A stretch of DNA of 64,000 nt from Octopus bimaculoides. Taxonomy: Eukaryota. The notes under the pieces were generated by a model that did no database searches, was not told where the DNA came from, and saw only the letters and a program-made list of their open reading frames with translations. The stretch lies in NCBI RefSeq assembly GCF_001194135.2, contig NC_068991.1:78044921-78108920 (forward strand), written 5' to 3'. Shown here piece by piece: positions 37,453 to 51,739 of this stretch (within the stretch, counting starts at the first letter, position 1; each line of letters starts with the position of its first letter). Made by a program: the position numbers and the translations under genes.

Positions 37453-38724
37453 CATTATATTATATTATATTATATCATATATTCTGTATATATGCCCACA
37501 AACACACATACAGATACGTACGTACATACACACATAATACATACAAACATACATACATACATACATACATACATACATACATACATACATACATACATAC
37601 TTAAAGAGACTTCCTCTGATACTCTCCGTAAATGAATGCCTTAATATTCATTCCACAACAAATATAAAACTCTTTGTTCTTAGTTTAAAGCAAACCAATA
37701 TTTGTTTTAATATATGTGAGGAGAAAGAAATGAGAGATAGAGAGAGGGGAAGGGAAAGAAAGTGAGACAGACAGAGAGAGAGGGAGAGAGAAAGAAAGCT
37801 AGAGAGTGAGAAAGAGGCTGTGAGGAGATGGAAAACATAAAATTTTCGTCTGTAATGCCGGCATATCAATGACTGCAACATAAAAGATTTTTTTAGTTCG
37901 AGTTAAAGGCCACTACCATGCAAGAGAAGTCAATAAAATTGTTTGACGTTTATGCGTCAGTAATGTAGTAAATAAGTTGAAGTGATTTTAACCGGAAGTT
38001 AAAACCAATTCAAAGAATCTGGTTTCCGGCAGCGCTCTCTCTCTTTTACTTTACAATGACTGACATTTGACATAATAAAAGGATTTCTCGTTATTGCTAA
38101 CATTCTTTTATCACTGAAGGTTGGACTTTCGAATTCACTTTTGTTATACTCCTGATTAATTAATTAATTAACTAATTAGTTAATTGTTAATCCCACCACC
38201 GCCTGCATTTATGTAATTGCAGTTAGACTTCATAAGATTTTTAAAATCTTGATTTCTGGCTTTGAGGCAAACAATATGAGAGTTATTTTCTCAGCCGCTT
38301 TTATTCCTTTTAACCTTCAGTGACGATTTTGTGAGCCGCACTTTCTGCCAGTTAATGAGCTATAAACATAAAACCATGTGACCGCTTGTTTTACGTTTTC
38401 CATGAGCAGAATAAAACAAATCAGGTCCACTGAGCGTACTCGCGGCAGGTTCAAAGGGTTAAATACATTATGTACTTCTTAAAATGTATGCATACATAGT
38501 AGCTCTCTTTTGTCTGTGGAATGAAACTAGATTTTTAGGGCAAAACATAGGGATATGTTGAAGCTCATAATTACCTTGAGGCGGCGGAGAATTTCTGGTG
38601 TAAATGAAGTAAAATGGAGTCAGCAGTGAAAAAAAAAAAAAAGAAAGACTGGAGAGCCGACGAGGGATTTTCTATTTAGTGATACGAGCCAGACTCTCTT
38701 TGGTGACAAGAGCTAATGAGAATG

Positions 38725-38829
38725 TCTTTATGTAGTTGCACGTACCTATGAGGGAAACTCATTGTAGTAGCACGACCCAATGAGGGATCCTCTTTGTGGT
38801 AGCCTGAATCATTGAAGGAGCCCTTATGT
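38725..38829. repeat. Degenerate 32-34-bp minisatellite, about 3.2 units
   Basis: TCTTTATGTAGTTGCACGTACCTATGAGGGAAAC / TCATTGTAGTAGCACGACCCAATGAGGGATCC / TCTTTGTGGTAGCCTGAATCATTGAAGGAGCC. Confidence 0.65.
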
Positions 38830-39410
38830 CAACGATTCCCAGCCTGGTATCCTGCGGTTTTCATGAAAATTGTACAGAGAAGCCTTGGAGCTGTATTCAA
38901 AATTGCTAAAAGTTTGCGGTGTAAAATGTCTAATTAATCAATTAATTATAACAATTCAGTCTGACATATTTTTGAGTCGAGAGATGAAACTGGGAAAGCA
39001 AGAACGAATTTGTTCTTTGCTAATAAAATTGTATTTCCAAAGCTTAGAGTCTGTAGAAAAATCCATTTAAAAAAGAGGGGTCTTTGGTTAGGAAATGAGA
39101 ATTGTTGTTCCGCATGGTAGAATGAGCCATTAAATGACCAATTTTACTTATCCTAAAACTTAGAAATGATGTTTCCCAATTTTACAGCTGAAAGATACGA
39201 AGAGCTATGTGCTGTAGGAGCGTATAGATTTTGTCATAAAATGAATGAGTAAACATTACGACGATGACGGAGTGGTTAAGAGGTTCCTTTTTAAACAATG
39301 TGGTTTCGTATACGATGTGGATGATCGATTCCATTGCGCGACACGTAGGCGTGTTCGACCTTCTCATAATCCCAACCACATACTTTAATCTCTTCAATAA
39401 AAGCTGGAAG

Positions 39411-39627
39411 GAAGGCGGCGAGATGGCAGAATCATTAGTACACCGGGGAGGGGCGGGGGAATGCTTAGCGGCATTTTGTTCATCTTTATGTTCTGAGTTC
39501 AAACTCCACCGAGGTCGACTTTGCCCTTTTGGGGATCAATAAAATAAGTATCAGGTAAGTACCAGTGTCGATATAATCGACTTATCTCCGCCCCCGAATT
39601 TTCTGGCCTTGTGCAAAAATTTGAAAC
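39411..39627 (+). mobile_element. SINE family A
   Basis: AAGGCGGCGAGATGGCAGAATCATTAG...GAGGTCGACTTTGCCC...CTGGCCTTGTGCAAAAATTTGAAACC. Confidence 0.85.
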
Positions 39628-39807
39628 CAATGTCTATAAAGAAAACTGGAGGGACCATTTTTAAATACTCTCGTCTGAGAAGAACTATAAGGATGTCTTT
39701 GATTACAGGATCACAGTTGAATTGGGGCTCTACAGCACCAAGATCTACATATACGGGGCCAAGTTGCTATGCTGTGCAATTGAACAGACTTGAACAGAAA
39801 CAACAAA

Positions 39808-40120
39808 ATTATGCGAGGCTGTGTGGTAAGTAGATTGCTTACCAACCACATGGTTCCGGGTTCATTCCCACTGCGTGGCACCTTGGGTAAGCGTCTTCTA
39901 CTATAGCCTCGGGCTGACCAAAGCCTTGTGAGAGGATTTGGTAGACGGAAACTGAAAGAAGCCTGTCGTATATATGTATATATTTTTATGTATATGTGTG
40001 TATGTGTGTATAGGTTTGTGTGTCTGTGTTTGTCTCCCCCCCCGCCCAACATCGCTTGACAACCGATGGTGGTGTGTTTACGTCCCCGTAATTTATCGGT
40101 TCGGCAAAAGAGACCGATAG
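39808..40120 (+). mobile_element. SINE family B, runs into an assembly gap
   Basis: GGCTGTGTGGTAAGTAGATTGCTTACCAACCACATGG...CAAAAGAGACCGATAG then N run. Confidence 0.9.
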
Positions 40121-40614
40121 NNNNNNNNNNNNNNNNNNNNNNNNNNNNNNNNNNNNNNNNNNNNNNNNNNNNNNNNNNNNNNNNNNNNNNNNNNNNNNNN
40201 NNNNNNNNNNNNNNNNNNNNNNNNNNNNNNNNNNNNNNNNNNNNNNNNNNNNATATATATATATATATACGTTTGAGGATAAAATCTATAAGCATCTAAT
40301 AAAAAAACAACATTCCCAGCTATGAAATAGGCGGCTCTTCATGTGTTCCAGCTCTGAAATATCGAATATGATATGTTAGGTTTTAGGTTGAGTAAAATTG
40401 GTCTTCTCTTCACATTTATAGATACGCATAATTCCATAAATGGCTTTGAGAGGAAACATCCAGTTTTATGTGGATACATATTTAAAAAGCACATGCATAC
40501 ATGCACAGCCATGTACGCTCATACACATGCGTGAAAAGAAAAAAACGTACACAAAACACACACATATATAAATGCGTATACATATACGAATATATAGATA
40601 CATACATAGATGCC

Positions 40615-40673
<59 letters not shown>

Positions 40674-41394
40674 GTCCGTCTCTCAGTCTGTCTGTGTGTC
40701 TGCCTATCTGTTTGTCTGTCTGTCTTTTTGTCGACCTGACTGTCGCATGTGTCTTTGTGTGTTTGTGTGTCTGTGTTTGTGCCCCCTCTCAACATCACTT
40801 GACAACTGATGCTGGTGTGTTTATGTCACAGTTCCACGTGAGAGGGGGAATCGATAATTCTCCAAAATTGTCCATTAATGAAAAGGGAAGTATATTGTCT
40901 GGGGATAAGAGTACAGTCGTAGGCAAGTGTTTCTACTTCAATAGCCGTCATCAGAACGACAGATCTTCAGCGTTATCTCAAGTCACCAAAGAACTTATAG
41001 AAAGAAAAAAGGAAGAAAAAGGAAAAGAAAACGGCCTTGGTAATTTGCATAATCGAAGCAAAATACGTCACAAGGTTTTCAAAACTAACGGATCAGTATT
41101 CGAATTTAAGTGCATTATTCTGTTCGTTAAGTCAAGAATAGGAAGTATCTTTTCTAAAATGTTTTATCATTTCTTAGCTTGGCAATAATTCATTTCTATC
41201 CAATTATCTGGTACCCGACGAGGCACCTAATTCTGTTATTTACAAAAATGTTTGTAGCACTTACAGCGAATCTTTGTAAATATACCGTTTTGTGAAACAG
41301 AGGCCGGTAGCAACACGTCTGGATCAGTTAATGTTATGTTATTACTTTTAGTTTCATGTTTTCAATAATTTTTATAGTTACATACGACCTCTGT

Positions 41395-41447
<53 letters not shown>

Positions 41448-41565
41448 NNNNNNNNNNNNNNNNNNNNNNNNNNNNNNNNNNNNNNNNNNNNNNNNNNNNN
41501 NNNNNNNNNNNNNNNNNNNNNNNNNNNNNNNNNNNNNNNNNNNNNNNNNNNNNNNNNNNNNNNNN

Positions 41566-41601
<36 letters not shown>

Positions 41602-41653
41602 TACATATGTATGTATATATATATATATACATATGATTACATATGTATGTATG

Positions 41654-41709
<56 letters not shown>

Positions 41710-41906
41710 CATACATACATACATACATACATACGTACATACACGCATATACATACACGCATACATACATGCATACATACATGCATACATACATACATAC
41801 ATACATACATACATACGTGCATACACGCATATACATACATACATACATGCATACATACATACATATAGATACATATCACTTCTGCTTTTGCTTGTTTGTG
41901 CCACCT

Positions 41907-41918
41907 TGCGCATGCGCA
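41907..41918. promoter_or_regulatory. Perfect NRF1/EWG-type palindrome TGCGCATGCGCA
   Basis: Exact consensus in a short CpG-rich patch (41900-41985); function not shown. Confidence 0.3.
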
Positions 41919-42201
41919 CAGAACGTTGACTTTTCCCTGTTCCGTTGTGCGCTCATCAACCGCGATCAGTTTCCCTCGAAGCATTATTGAGTCCTGTTTA
42001 AACTTGTACGAACCAATTGTGACTTTATAATTTACTATTTCGAAAGTTAAAAAATGACTTCCAGAAACAACAGTGAAAATTATTGAGACCGTAAAGAAGA
42101 CAAATAACTGTTGGAAGAAGAAGATTTTGAGTCTCGGAGGTCCTACTGAACGGTACCGAGTTAACTTGGTCTATCGTCAAAGGTTGTTGTTGTTGTTGTT
42201 G

Positions 42202-42232
<31 letters not shown>

Positions 42233-43174
42233 TGTTGTCGTCAGTGGCGGCGGTGGTGGTGTTGGTGTTGGTGGTAGTGGTAGTGGTGGTGGTGGTGGTG
42301 GTGGTGGTGCTGCTGCTGCAGCTGGTGATGCAAATGTCTATCCCAGATCGTCTCTAATCTAGCACCAGTATGCTGGAAGGCATTCCAACCGTGACAACCT
42401 CATCCTGTCTTTTTAAGTGTTATCTTTATAAACATAATAAAAGACCAACTATAAGCATAATAATAAGTCATAACTGGAAAAAAGAATTGTCGAATGAAAA
42501 TTCTGCAAACTCGCCATACAGGAAATATATACTTCTTTTGAAGTCATCCAAACTTATAACATCAAGGAATAAAAGAAGTCTGGAATTTAGAAATTGGCGC
42601 AAGTGATAGATGCTGTACAAGTCTCATAAGACACGACTTGATATTTCGATCAAAGACAGAGAAAATCTAAGATTGTACAGAAGCTGATAACCCAGGTGAT
42701 AATAGATTTCACTAATCAAAAGACTTGTGAAATATTAACAAGAGCCACGTGATGTTAGAGTTATTTAATGTCTTCTAAGATGTGTATTTCGAACAGTTGA
42801 ATCATATTGCAGCCTGGTTTATTTTCAAGAAAATTAATCTGAAATTGGAAGTTATTGAGAATGCATAGGAAACGAATAACTATGTCACAGGAGCAACATT
42901 TTGCGCCGCAGAATGATTAAAGAAAGATATTCGTGAGCCAACAGAGGTTGTTGTCGTTGTGCTCGCTGTGACAGCGCCACCGCCGTCATCGTTGTTGTTG
43001 TTGTTGCTGTCAATGGTAGTGGCGATGTTTAAATCCAAGTCAGCTTTTGCAAATAGTATATTTTGGATACGTGTCTAGATTTTAGTCCATAGTCTCTTTG
43101 TAATAATAGTCGATCCCATAAGATTAACATTAAAAAAGATTCTTTGTCCCGAGCCCCACCCCGCGTATATCTTT

Positions 43175-43440
43175 GGATGGGTTCTACACCAGAATGTTAC
43201 CAGCATTACTTTACATTAAACAGAACGAGCAGTAATAAATTTCTGTACAGAAATATTACCAGGGTTAAGTGAGAAATGAGGCTGGTTATTCCCTGCCAGA
43301 GACACCAGGAACTGCCAAACAACCAGCTTGTGTTATGGGATCCAAGACATAGATTCACATCGATGGAAAGGGCATGGATGTAGTTAAAATATAGAAGAGG
43401 AAATTATTGGATCTGGATGCTGGAGTAGGCATCTGAGAAG
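43175..43440 (+). mobile_element. Decayed RTE-type LINE 3' fragment
   Basis: DGFYTRML and RHQELPNNQLVLWDPRH match the RTE motifs DGxYTRMLR and RHxELPxxxLVLWEP. Confidence 0.7.
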
Positions 43441-43504
43441 GACCTAAATAATTGTTTGGTATTTGGCCAGTAATTTTGAGGGTAGGGACACCACCCACCC
43501 CACC

Positions 43505-43790
43505 ACACCGAAAGGATGAAAAGTAAAGTTGACCCGGCAGGATTTAACCGAGAACATAAAGTGCCAGTACGAATGCCGCATTTTTTCGACGTTCAAACGA
43601 TTCCTCTAATCGACTGCTCTCATAATTGTTTCTACCCTGGTATCTTGACTGATATTTTATATTATCAACACCCAAAGGGATGAAAGGCAATGTTGACTTC
43701 GGTCGAATTTGAACTCAATACTCAAAGAGCCGGAAGAAATAGCACGAAGTAGTTTTTCTCAACACTAACGATTCAACCAGATCACCTCCA
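43505..43790 (-). mobile_element. Two tandem diverged SINE family A copies (about 43505-43615 and 43640-43790)
   Basis: Each shows G(A/G)ATGAAA...GTTGAC(C/T)...GGATTT/GAATTTGAAC, the reverse complement of the family A centre. Confidence 0.65.
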
Positions 43791-46700
43791 CCATTCTCAA
43801 GTTACAGAATTTAGCCTAGATAAACATATCCGCTATAGTAATAAATTAAGACAAAACTCTACAACATGTAACAAACAGAATTATCCATGGCCTCATCCCT
43901 CATCATTAATTCTATCATTGTGAAGAATTCACGGCAACGTTTCTACAGGTCAAACTAGACTGGCAGGAGTATGCTTTTTTTCATGACTTACTTAGACGAA
44001 GAAAGAAAGTACACACGACCTTTACCAATTCTCCATTGACTGTTGCAATAGGAAGCATATCAAAATATCGAATTATTCCCACAAGAGAGACATAGCTTGA
44101 ATGTTTGCAGCAGAGTTACTCAATAAAGAGAGGTCATAGGCCAACGTTTAGTGCAAAGTAGGGTCACGGATTAATTCAACCACCCAAGTACACGTTTAGA
44201 ACGTTCGAATAAGGTTTTTTAAAACAGGCTGATCACGATTTGCCTGCTTTTGATAATAAGATGTGTTCAATCAGGGATGACCTGGGTCAAGCAATAACAA
44301 CAACCACTGGAAGGCCTGGCAACATTTATGACCCTAACACGAATCTCTGTGGTACTCGGGAAGGCGTTTGATTCTTGATTGTGTGTGTGTGTGTGAGGCA
44401 TTTTATCCCCAAATGTTTTCAGGGCTTTCACGTTTTGACAATCATTAGCTGCACATCATTCTTCAACGAACCTCACTTTGTATACATAATGCTTTTGCAT
44501 CGCAGTGTTGAACCGACATTTTTAAGAATGAAAAAATTTGCAACTTTGACATCAACACAAGAAAATATATATTATCATCGGTAAATTCTATATCAACAGT
44601 GACAGTAATGTTATATTTCTAACAGAGTTGGATGAATGCAAAATAACGACGCACACAACCTTTGCGTGTCTTTCTGAAAGAATGAATATATCATACGGTA
44701 CTCAGAAATGCAAAAACTAATCTAATATCATGTGTATTGTTGAAAAAAAACGAAAGAAACCCTCATAATATGAATGTGGAATATAGGAAAAGAGCGCGTG
44801 ATCGTACGGCAATTGAAGTGGATTACTTGAATAAAAACTTAAACATTAGCAGAAGAATATGCATGGGTAAATTTCATAGCAAATGATAGAGGAAAAACAT
44901 AGATAGGACCGAGGAGAGAATCGTTCGTATAGGCAGCCTCTATGTTCGTTCGAACTGTAACATGTAGCAGCCAAATCTACATCACACTTTAAAAAAAAGC
45001 AAGAACACATTAGATATAAGTTCTAAATATACATTTCTGTCTTAGAGAGGGGTAACTAAGGGTTCTTAGCTGTGGTAGATTAATCTGCTCCACACACCTC
45101 CAATATAGGTGTGTCCAAGTAGACAATGGCTATGAGGGTAAACTCTGACAGAAAGACAAGCTGTGGTTGTCAGTTTTAAGGCGATTTCCGGCAGACTTAA
45201 TTTCCAGTGACCTCCTGCAGTTGGAAGGAGATACTAATCTTCCTTGCAACTGAATCTTCTTCACAGCGAAGATAATGACACTGAAAAATGTATGGTCCGC
45301 ACCATTTCTCATTTAACGCCACCACAAAGCTTCCTCGAGAAGATCAATTCGCTCACATTCTGGATCATGGATCTTGGAACTCAGAAATAGTCCTTGTCGT
45401 TGTGATAGTTGATGCTTCATTCGCGTTTCAGACAATGAAATATCGCTACTTTCGTATTTTCATCACTCGACGTGTAGGATAGACGATGCATTTGTGATTC
45501 TTTGGTCACCCGCGCGACTGCATTCACATTTGTAGCTGCTGTTTATGAGCAAGAGAGTCATGAAGGAGAAGTTGGTCGTCATCGAATCCAATGGACAACA
45601 AAAAGCAAGCGAGTTTGCGTGCATCTTTCACTGATGTGTAACAACAGCAGATGCATACATCGATGCGAAAACGGAAAAGCCAAGGCATTCAACTGAAAAA
45701 AGCTTGTGATGTGTTTGTTGTGTACCGAGTTGCCCATCGAATTCATTGACAATTTTGCTTTCAGAAATACAGTGAACTTACCATTGGTCCATTGTAAACC
45801 TGTAATCAATGACTGTGACATGGAATAGAAATTATCTTCTTTGCTGTTGGTTATGCAACAAAAGATATGGAAGCTCCGAGGAAACCGTTGATGAACAGTG
45901 TCGGCGAAAGAAAATCAATATTTAATAACAATGTTCAAGATAGATTAAGTCCGTTTGTTTATTGGAGTATAGATTCTAACTTTTCGGTCGTTGACTTTTC
46001 GTCTGAGAATGGGTGAAGATAAGCAAAATGATTCAAGACGTGTCTTCATCTTTTGTTGCATGAGATTCTTTTGTTCTATACCGCAGTTTGTATATAATAG
46101 GCTTGACGGAAGTTATAACATGTCTCCTACTTTACTTCCTCATAAACAAATGGCAAAGGATCGAAATATTAAACTCTACAACCTTCAAAGCAAAAAAAAA
46201 AAAAAAAGAACTACCTGTCCTAGATAACGAAAGGCTAACGTTGTCATCTAGTAAACGTTAAATTCAACCCCATCTCAAGAGAAATGGATGGTACATGTTT
46301 TGAATTTTTCTTCTTAACAAGAGATTTACGTTGACACTTAGTAATATAGGAAGATCTGTAGAATATAATAGAAAAGGACGAATCCCTGTTGCTCAAATAT
46401 TAGTGACACAACGAAAATCTGAAAAAAAAAGACAAAAAAACACACCTTGTTCAATGTTTCCCAATTCGCTTCTATCGGAAGACCATATACATATGTCTCG
46501 TGCCTACGTACAGTGCTACATGATTGATGATTTATGCTGTTATAAAAGAAAACTAGCGAAAAGAAAAACAGTTACAGAAATGTTAAGAATTATAACATAT
46601 AATAATACATTTATTGTTACATTCATCGGAAATGAGAAAAACCGTCATCCATTTAATTTCTGTAAAATCGCTTCATACACACATACATACACATACATAC

Positions 46701-47682
46701 ATACATACATACATACATAGTAGTACATACAATGCATACACTCATATACACGCTCACACATATATAAGGCATATACATATATACTTATAAATATAAACAT
46801 ATGTCCGCGTGTGTGTGTGTGTGTGCGTGTGTGTGTGTGTGTGTGTATACACATTCTTCATTTATGTGAAATCGTTTCACACACACACACGCACACACAC
46901 GCACACACACACTCACATACATGTATGTATGTATGTATGTATAATTATTTTTTATGTGTTCCTTATTTATTTTATTTTAAATGTTTACTTTGCTTTTCAA
47001 AGAAAAATGTTAATAGGTTGTGGGTTCGTTTTACAGTTAGCAATTTCAAAATGACGCTACCGGAAGTGAAACAACAATAATAGTATATACATAGAATAAT
47101 ATAACAATAGAGTCAATCTTACGAAATATGACGAGATTTCCGAATTGCAGAATTTTGCAATCTGGTCTATTCTGTTATTCTATTCTATTCTATTCTACGT
47201 CATATTAAAAATTTAAAAAAGTAACAAAAATTCATATTTTTCATTTACATTGCTCGATAAATCTGGATTATTTTATTTGCCTCTTCCCTTTTACACTGCA
47301 AGATTTTGTTGTTGTATTTTGACTGAATGAAGGATGGATTTTTATTAAAATTTCGAGAAATATCTGGTAGAAGATTTATAGATTTCTTTTTGCTAGTTTG
47401 TTTGTTTGTTTGTTTGTTTCCTTCTTCCTTCTTTTCTTCCTTTCTTCCTTTCTTTCTGGCTTTCTTTCTTCCCTTCTTTCTTCCTTTCTTTCTTGTTATG
47501 CTATTGTTAATCGTTTCTGTGTAGATTGGTTTCTTTACATTCTACAAATTGATATTTTTTGGTGCCTATAAACCTACAAGTAAATATGTAGACATATCTG
47601 TGCGTATGTATAAAAACATACATGTGTGTGTGTGAGTGTGTGTGTGTGTGTGTGTAAACGTGTGTGTATATCTCTATAGAAA

Positions 47683-47738
<56 letters not shown>

Positions 47739-48506
47739 NNNNNNNNNNNNNNNNNNNNNNNNNNNNNNNNNNNNNNNNNNNNNNNNNNNNNNNNNNNNNN
47801 NNNNNNNNNNNNNNNNNNNNNNNNNNNNNNNNNNNNNNNNNNNNNNNNNNNNNNNNNNNNNNNNNNNNNNNNNNNNNNNNNNNNNNNNNNNNNNNNNNNN
47901 NNNNNNNNNNNNNNNNNNNNNNNNNNNNNNNNNNNNNNNNNNNNNNNNNNNNNNNNNNNNNNNNNNNNNNNNNNNNNNNNNNNNNNNNNNNNNNNNNNNN
48001 NNNNNNNNNNNNNNNNNNNNNNNNNNNNNNNNNNNNNNNNNNNNNNNNNNNNNNNNNNNNNNNNNNNNNNNNNNNNNNNNNNNNNNNNNNNNNNNNNNNN
48101 NNNNNNNNNNNNNNNNNNNNNNNNNNNNNNNNNNNNNNNNNNNNNNNNNNNNNNNNNNNNNNNNNNNNNNNNNNNNNNNNNNNNNNNNNNNNNNNNNNNN
48201 NNNNNNNNNNNNNNNNNNNNNNNNNNNNNNNNNNNNNNNNNNNNNNNNNNNNNNNNNNNNNNNNNNNNNNNNNNNNNNNNNNNNNNNNNNNNNNNNNNNN
48301 NNNNNNNNNNNNNNNNNNNNNNNNNNNNNNNNNNNNNNNNNNNNNNNNNTATATATATATATATATATATATATAAGCATGTATGTATATAACACACATA
48401 TATATATATACATGTATGTATGTATATAACATATATATATATATATATATATATTGAGAGAGACAGACAGAGACAGACAGACAGACAGACAGACAGGGAG
48501 CGAGGG

Positions 48507-48551
<45 letters not shown>

Positions 48552-49135
48552 CGGATGTTGATATAGATATAGATGCATATATGTGTGGGGTTAGATATGT
48601 TTATAGCTTATTGAAACTGAATTTCATCTCGCAACATGAGTTTTATGCCATCGTATAATATATACATACTGCATGTATGTATGTATGTATGTATGTATGT
48701 ATGTATGTATGTATGTATGTATGTATGTATGTAGAAGAAAAACGGTATTGTGCATGTAAAATCGTTATCATTAAGAATCTATGTGAATTTATGTTTAAGA
48801 GTAAGTGTTGATAGTAAATGGATATTAATATATCGAAAATAAATGCGATTGTAGATTTCTGATAGCTTATCATTCGAAATAAGGTATGCGAATTTATGTT
48901 AGTACTAGAATATAGAAAACTAAATTGAGTGTAATCGAAGCAATAATTGTGATTGTGTAAATAAGTTAGTTTGTTTGATTATAAATACGTGAGACTGGAA
49001 TGAAAATATATGAAAGGAATTGGAAGCGAATGAGCGGTACAAACCTGTTTAAATACACTAACTCCAGTACTGTAACTTGCAACTATTTTAACAGAAATAA
49101 TTGTTCCTTGGACTGTAATTTTAAACTTAGAGATA

Positions 49136-50395
49136 CGAGGTGGTATCAAAAAGTTCCCGGACTAGTTATGTTTAATAAAAAAATAACTTATTTACCTAAG
49201 TTTTAGCATCATCTCCTTCGAAATAGTCACCTTGCGCAGTAATACACGTGTCCCAGCGTTCCTGCCGCTTTTGGAATTCGGCTTGGAAGTCGTTTTCGTA
49301 AGCGAGTCGAAGACTTTCTGCGATTCGCTCTGTGTCTCGACAACGGTGTTAAAACGGCGACTTTTGAGCTGCATTTTCATATTGGAGAAGAGTGCTAAAT
49401 CTGACGAATATGGCGGATGTGGGAGTGACACCATGTTGTTTTTGGGGAGAAACTCACAAGTGAGAAGTGCTCGGTGGCAGGGTGTTTTGTCATCGTGAAG
49501 AATCCAATTCTGGGCCCTCTTCAGATCCGGTCGCTTTCGCTGAATGTCCTCCCTCAGGCGCTTCAAAACGTCGTAGTAGAACTCTCGATTGAACGTCGGG
49601 CTCTGGGGCAGGAATTCTCGATGCACAATACCGCAGATGTCGAAAAGAGCGAGGGGTAAGCTATTGATTGAGCTGCGGTTTTGTCGTGCCTTGTTCGGTT
49701 GTGGAGATGAATGGCCCTTCCATTCTGCTGAGACTGCTGCTTTGTCCCAGGGTCGAACCCGTTGACCCAACTCTCGTCACCGGTGATGATCGTCGACATG
49801 AAGGATGGGTCATCAGCGGCACGCTGACGGTCACCTTGATAGACTTTGACGCGATGTTCTTTCTGCTCAGTGGTCAGCAGGCGGGGGACAAACTTGCCAA
49901 AGACACGCCACATGTTCAGTTCACACGTTAGGATTGCCTGCACGGACCCTTATGACAGCTGATGAATCTTCTTCCCATGACAAGCTGATGAATCTTCTTC
50001 CCATTTCTGGGGGTGACGTTCTTGGCAGCTCTTCAGGATCGCTCATCGTCTTCCAGGGACGTTCTTCGGCTTTTGAAGTGCCCGTGCCACTTGAAACATT
50101 AGGTACGACCCATTGCCTTATCACCGTAAGCTTGCCGAACCACGTTCGATGTCACTGTAGTAAGCCTCCAAAGTTTAACGCAAAATTTCACGTTGGATCT
50201 TTGTTCCTATTCATGAGTAAATCGCAGACTATGGCAGACACGTGATCACAAAATCACAAATTTCACAACTTGCGAAGTAAACACAGCGATGCCACTCGAC
50301 GCACTGCTTCATTAAGGTCACTGCGCACGCAGCCGAGTGCTGCCATCTGTTGGTGCGCTACAGAACTAGTCCGGGAACTTTTTGATACCATCTCG
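49136..50395 (-). mobile_element. Full-length (1260 bp) mariner transposon with inactivated transposase
   Basis: 32-bp TIRs 49136-49167 and 50364-50395 with one mismatch, TA TSD at both ends; FVPRLLT, IITGDESWV, WILHDD, LPHPPYSSDL split across frames. Confidence 0.97.
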
Positions 50396-50453
50396 TATTG
50401 CGCCCATAGTAATTTCAGAAAGTAACATTCTATCTATTAGACAGTGGTCTTAC

Positions 50454-50594
50454 TGTGACTCCTTTGAAATTACGATACAACCAGCATTTCTGTACTTTTT
50501 GTAGCCATATTTGATGCAGTAAGATACACCATTTTCAAAGAGTAGTAATGATAGTTCCATTTTGAAGAAATGACTATCCAAATATTCATACAAT
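50454..50594 (-). CDS. Weak candidate exon (141 nt, phase 2-2)
   Basis: TTTCGATTTCAG| ... ACA|GTAAGA; open frame LYEYLDSHFFKMELSLLLFENGVSYCIKYGYKKYRNAGCIVISKES; no recognisable homology. Confidence 0.3.
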
Positions 50595-51739
50595 CTGAAA
50601 TCGAAACTTGAAAAACATCAACAACAAACTTAAATGGAAAATGGTTTTTACCTTTAAGCTTTACTCTAGCAACAACAACTACAAACATTTTTTACCTGAG
50701 CAACATAAGGGATTTAGAAATTTCCTTTGTTTAAGAAAAAAACTTCCCTTAACCACAACTGAGAATTCTTTTCATTTTGTTCTCATAAAACATGCGAAAC
50801 ATTTCGACACTTTAGACTTTTCATCTCGTATTACTGGCAGCAAAGATTACCAAATCACGTAAAAGTCTGCAAGTGTTAAATAATCATAAATTTTTTAGTT
50901 GAACATCTTATTTCAGCTTACTCGGTAGTTTGAAATGTTATTACCTTACTTGACACTAATCTGTACTTATGAAACTGTCTACCATTTCTTATTTATTCGA
51001 CTATGGTACTAAAGTGCCAATCGACAATCAACAGCAACACTTTATTCGTCTTCATTTATAATTCATAATCTTAAAGTAGATATACTGACACCTTTTCCGT
51101 AATGATACTAATTCTCTTTCACATTCCACATTACTAATGTACTAAAATTCTATAAGATACTCTATATTTCAACATTATACAGTAATTCCATTTGCCCTCA
51201 TAAATTTCAGTGAACCCTAACGTTTCATTAGTAATTTCCAAACCAGTTTCCAATATAAGTAAATTATATTTAGCTCTCTCCATCCTTGATCTAAGAATAG
51301 GACTCTTTACTCAAACATTATTACTTAATCTAATACATTTAACCAAAGATCATTAGCACTTTCTCATTAATATTTGCCCCTTTTTATGCACTTTAAATTG
51401 TATTTTAAATCTAAAATCTGCCTAGACACGCGATTATTTTCCTAACCTATAGTCACATATGTACACCGTAAAGTAAGAGTTGTAAAGTATTTTCAAATAT
51501 AGTTTACATTGGACGAAAATTTTCTGATAAAGAACTCAAGACACTGGTTTCAATGGTTTGATATAAGTTTTCTATATCAAAAACTGATTGTCTTCTCTGA
51601 GTTTCGCTGTTGGCTGCGCTGTCAACTTTTGATATAAAATTTATATAATTATAAATGTGATGTATGTATGTATGTATGTATGTATGTATGTATGCATGTA
51701 TGCATGTATGTATGTATGTATGTATGTATGTATGTATGT

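Noticed and set aside
38725-38829. CRISPR-like periodic repeat
   Set aside because: Contiguous degenerate units with no unique spacers, in a eukaryotic context with no cas genes.
40920-40960. CTGATGA...GAAAC on the minus strand (similar weak cases at about 15335-15365 and 62780-62815)
   Set aside because: Stem II weak or out of register, and no NUH site with stem I pairing; the 15.3-kb case lies in a mariner.
49954-50004. Two CTGATGA boxes inside the mariner
   Set aside because: Part of a transposase-coding tandem duplication; no GAAA partner or stems.
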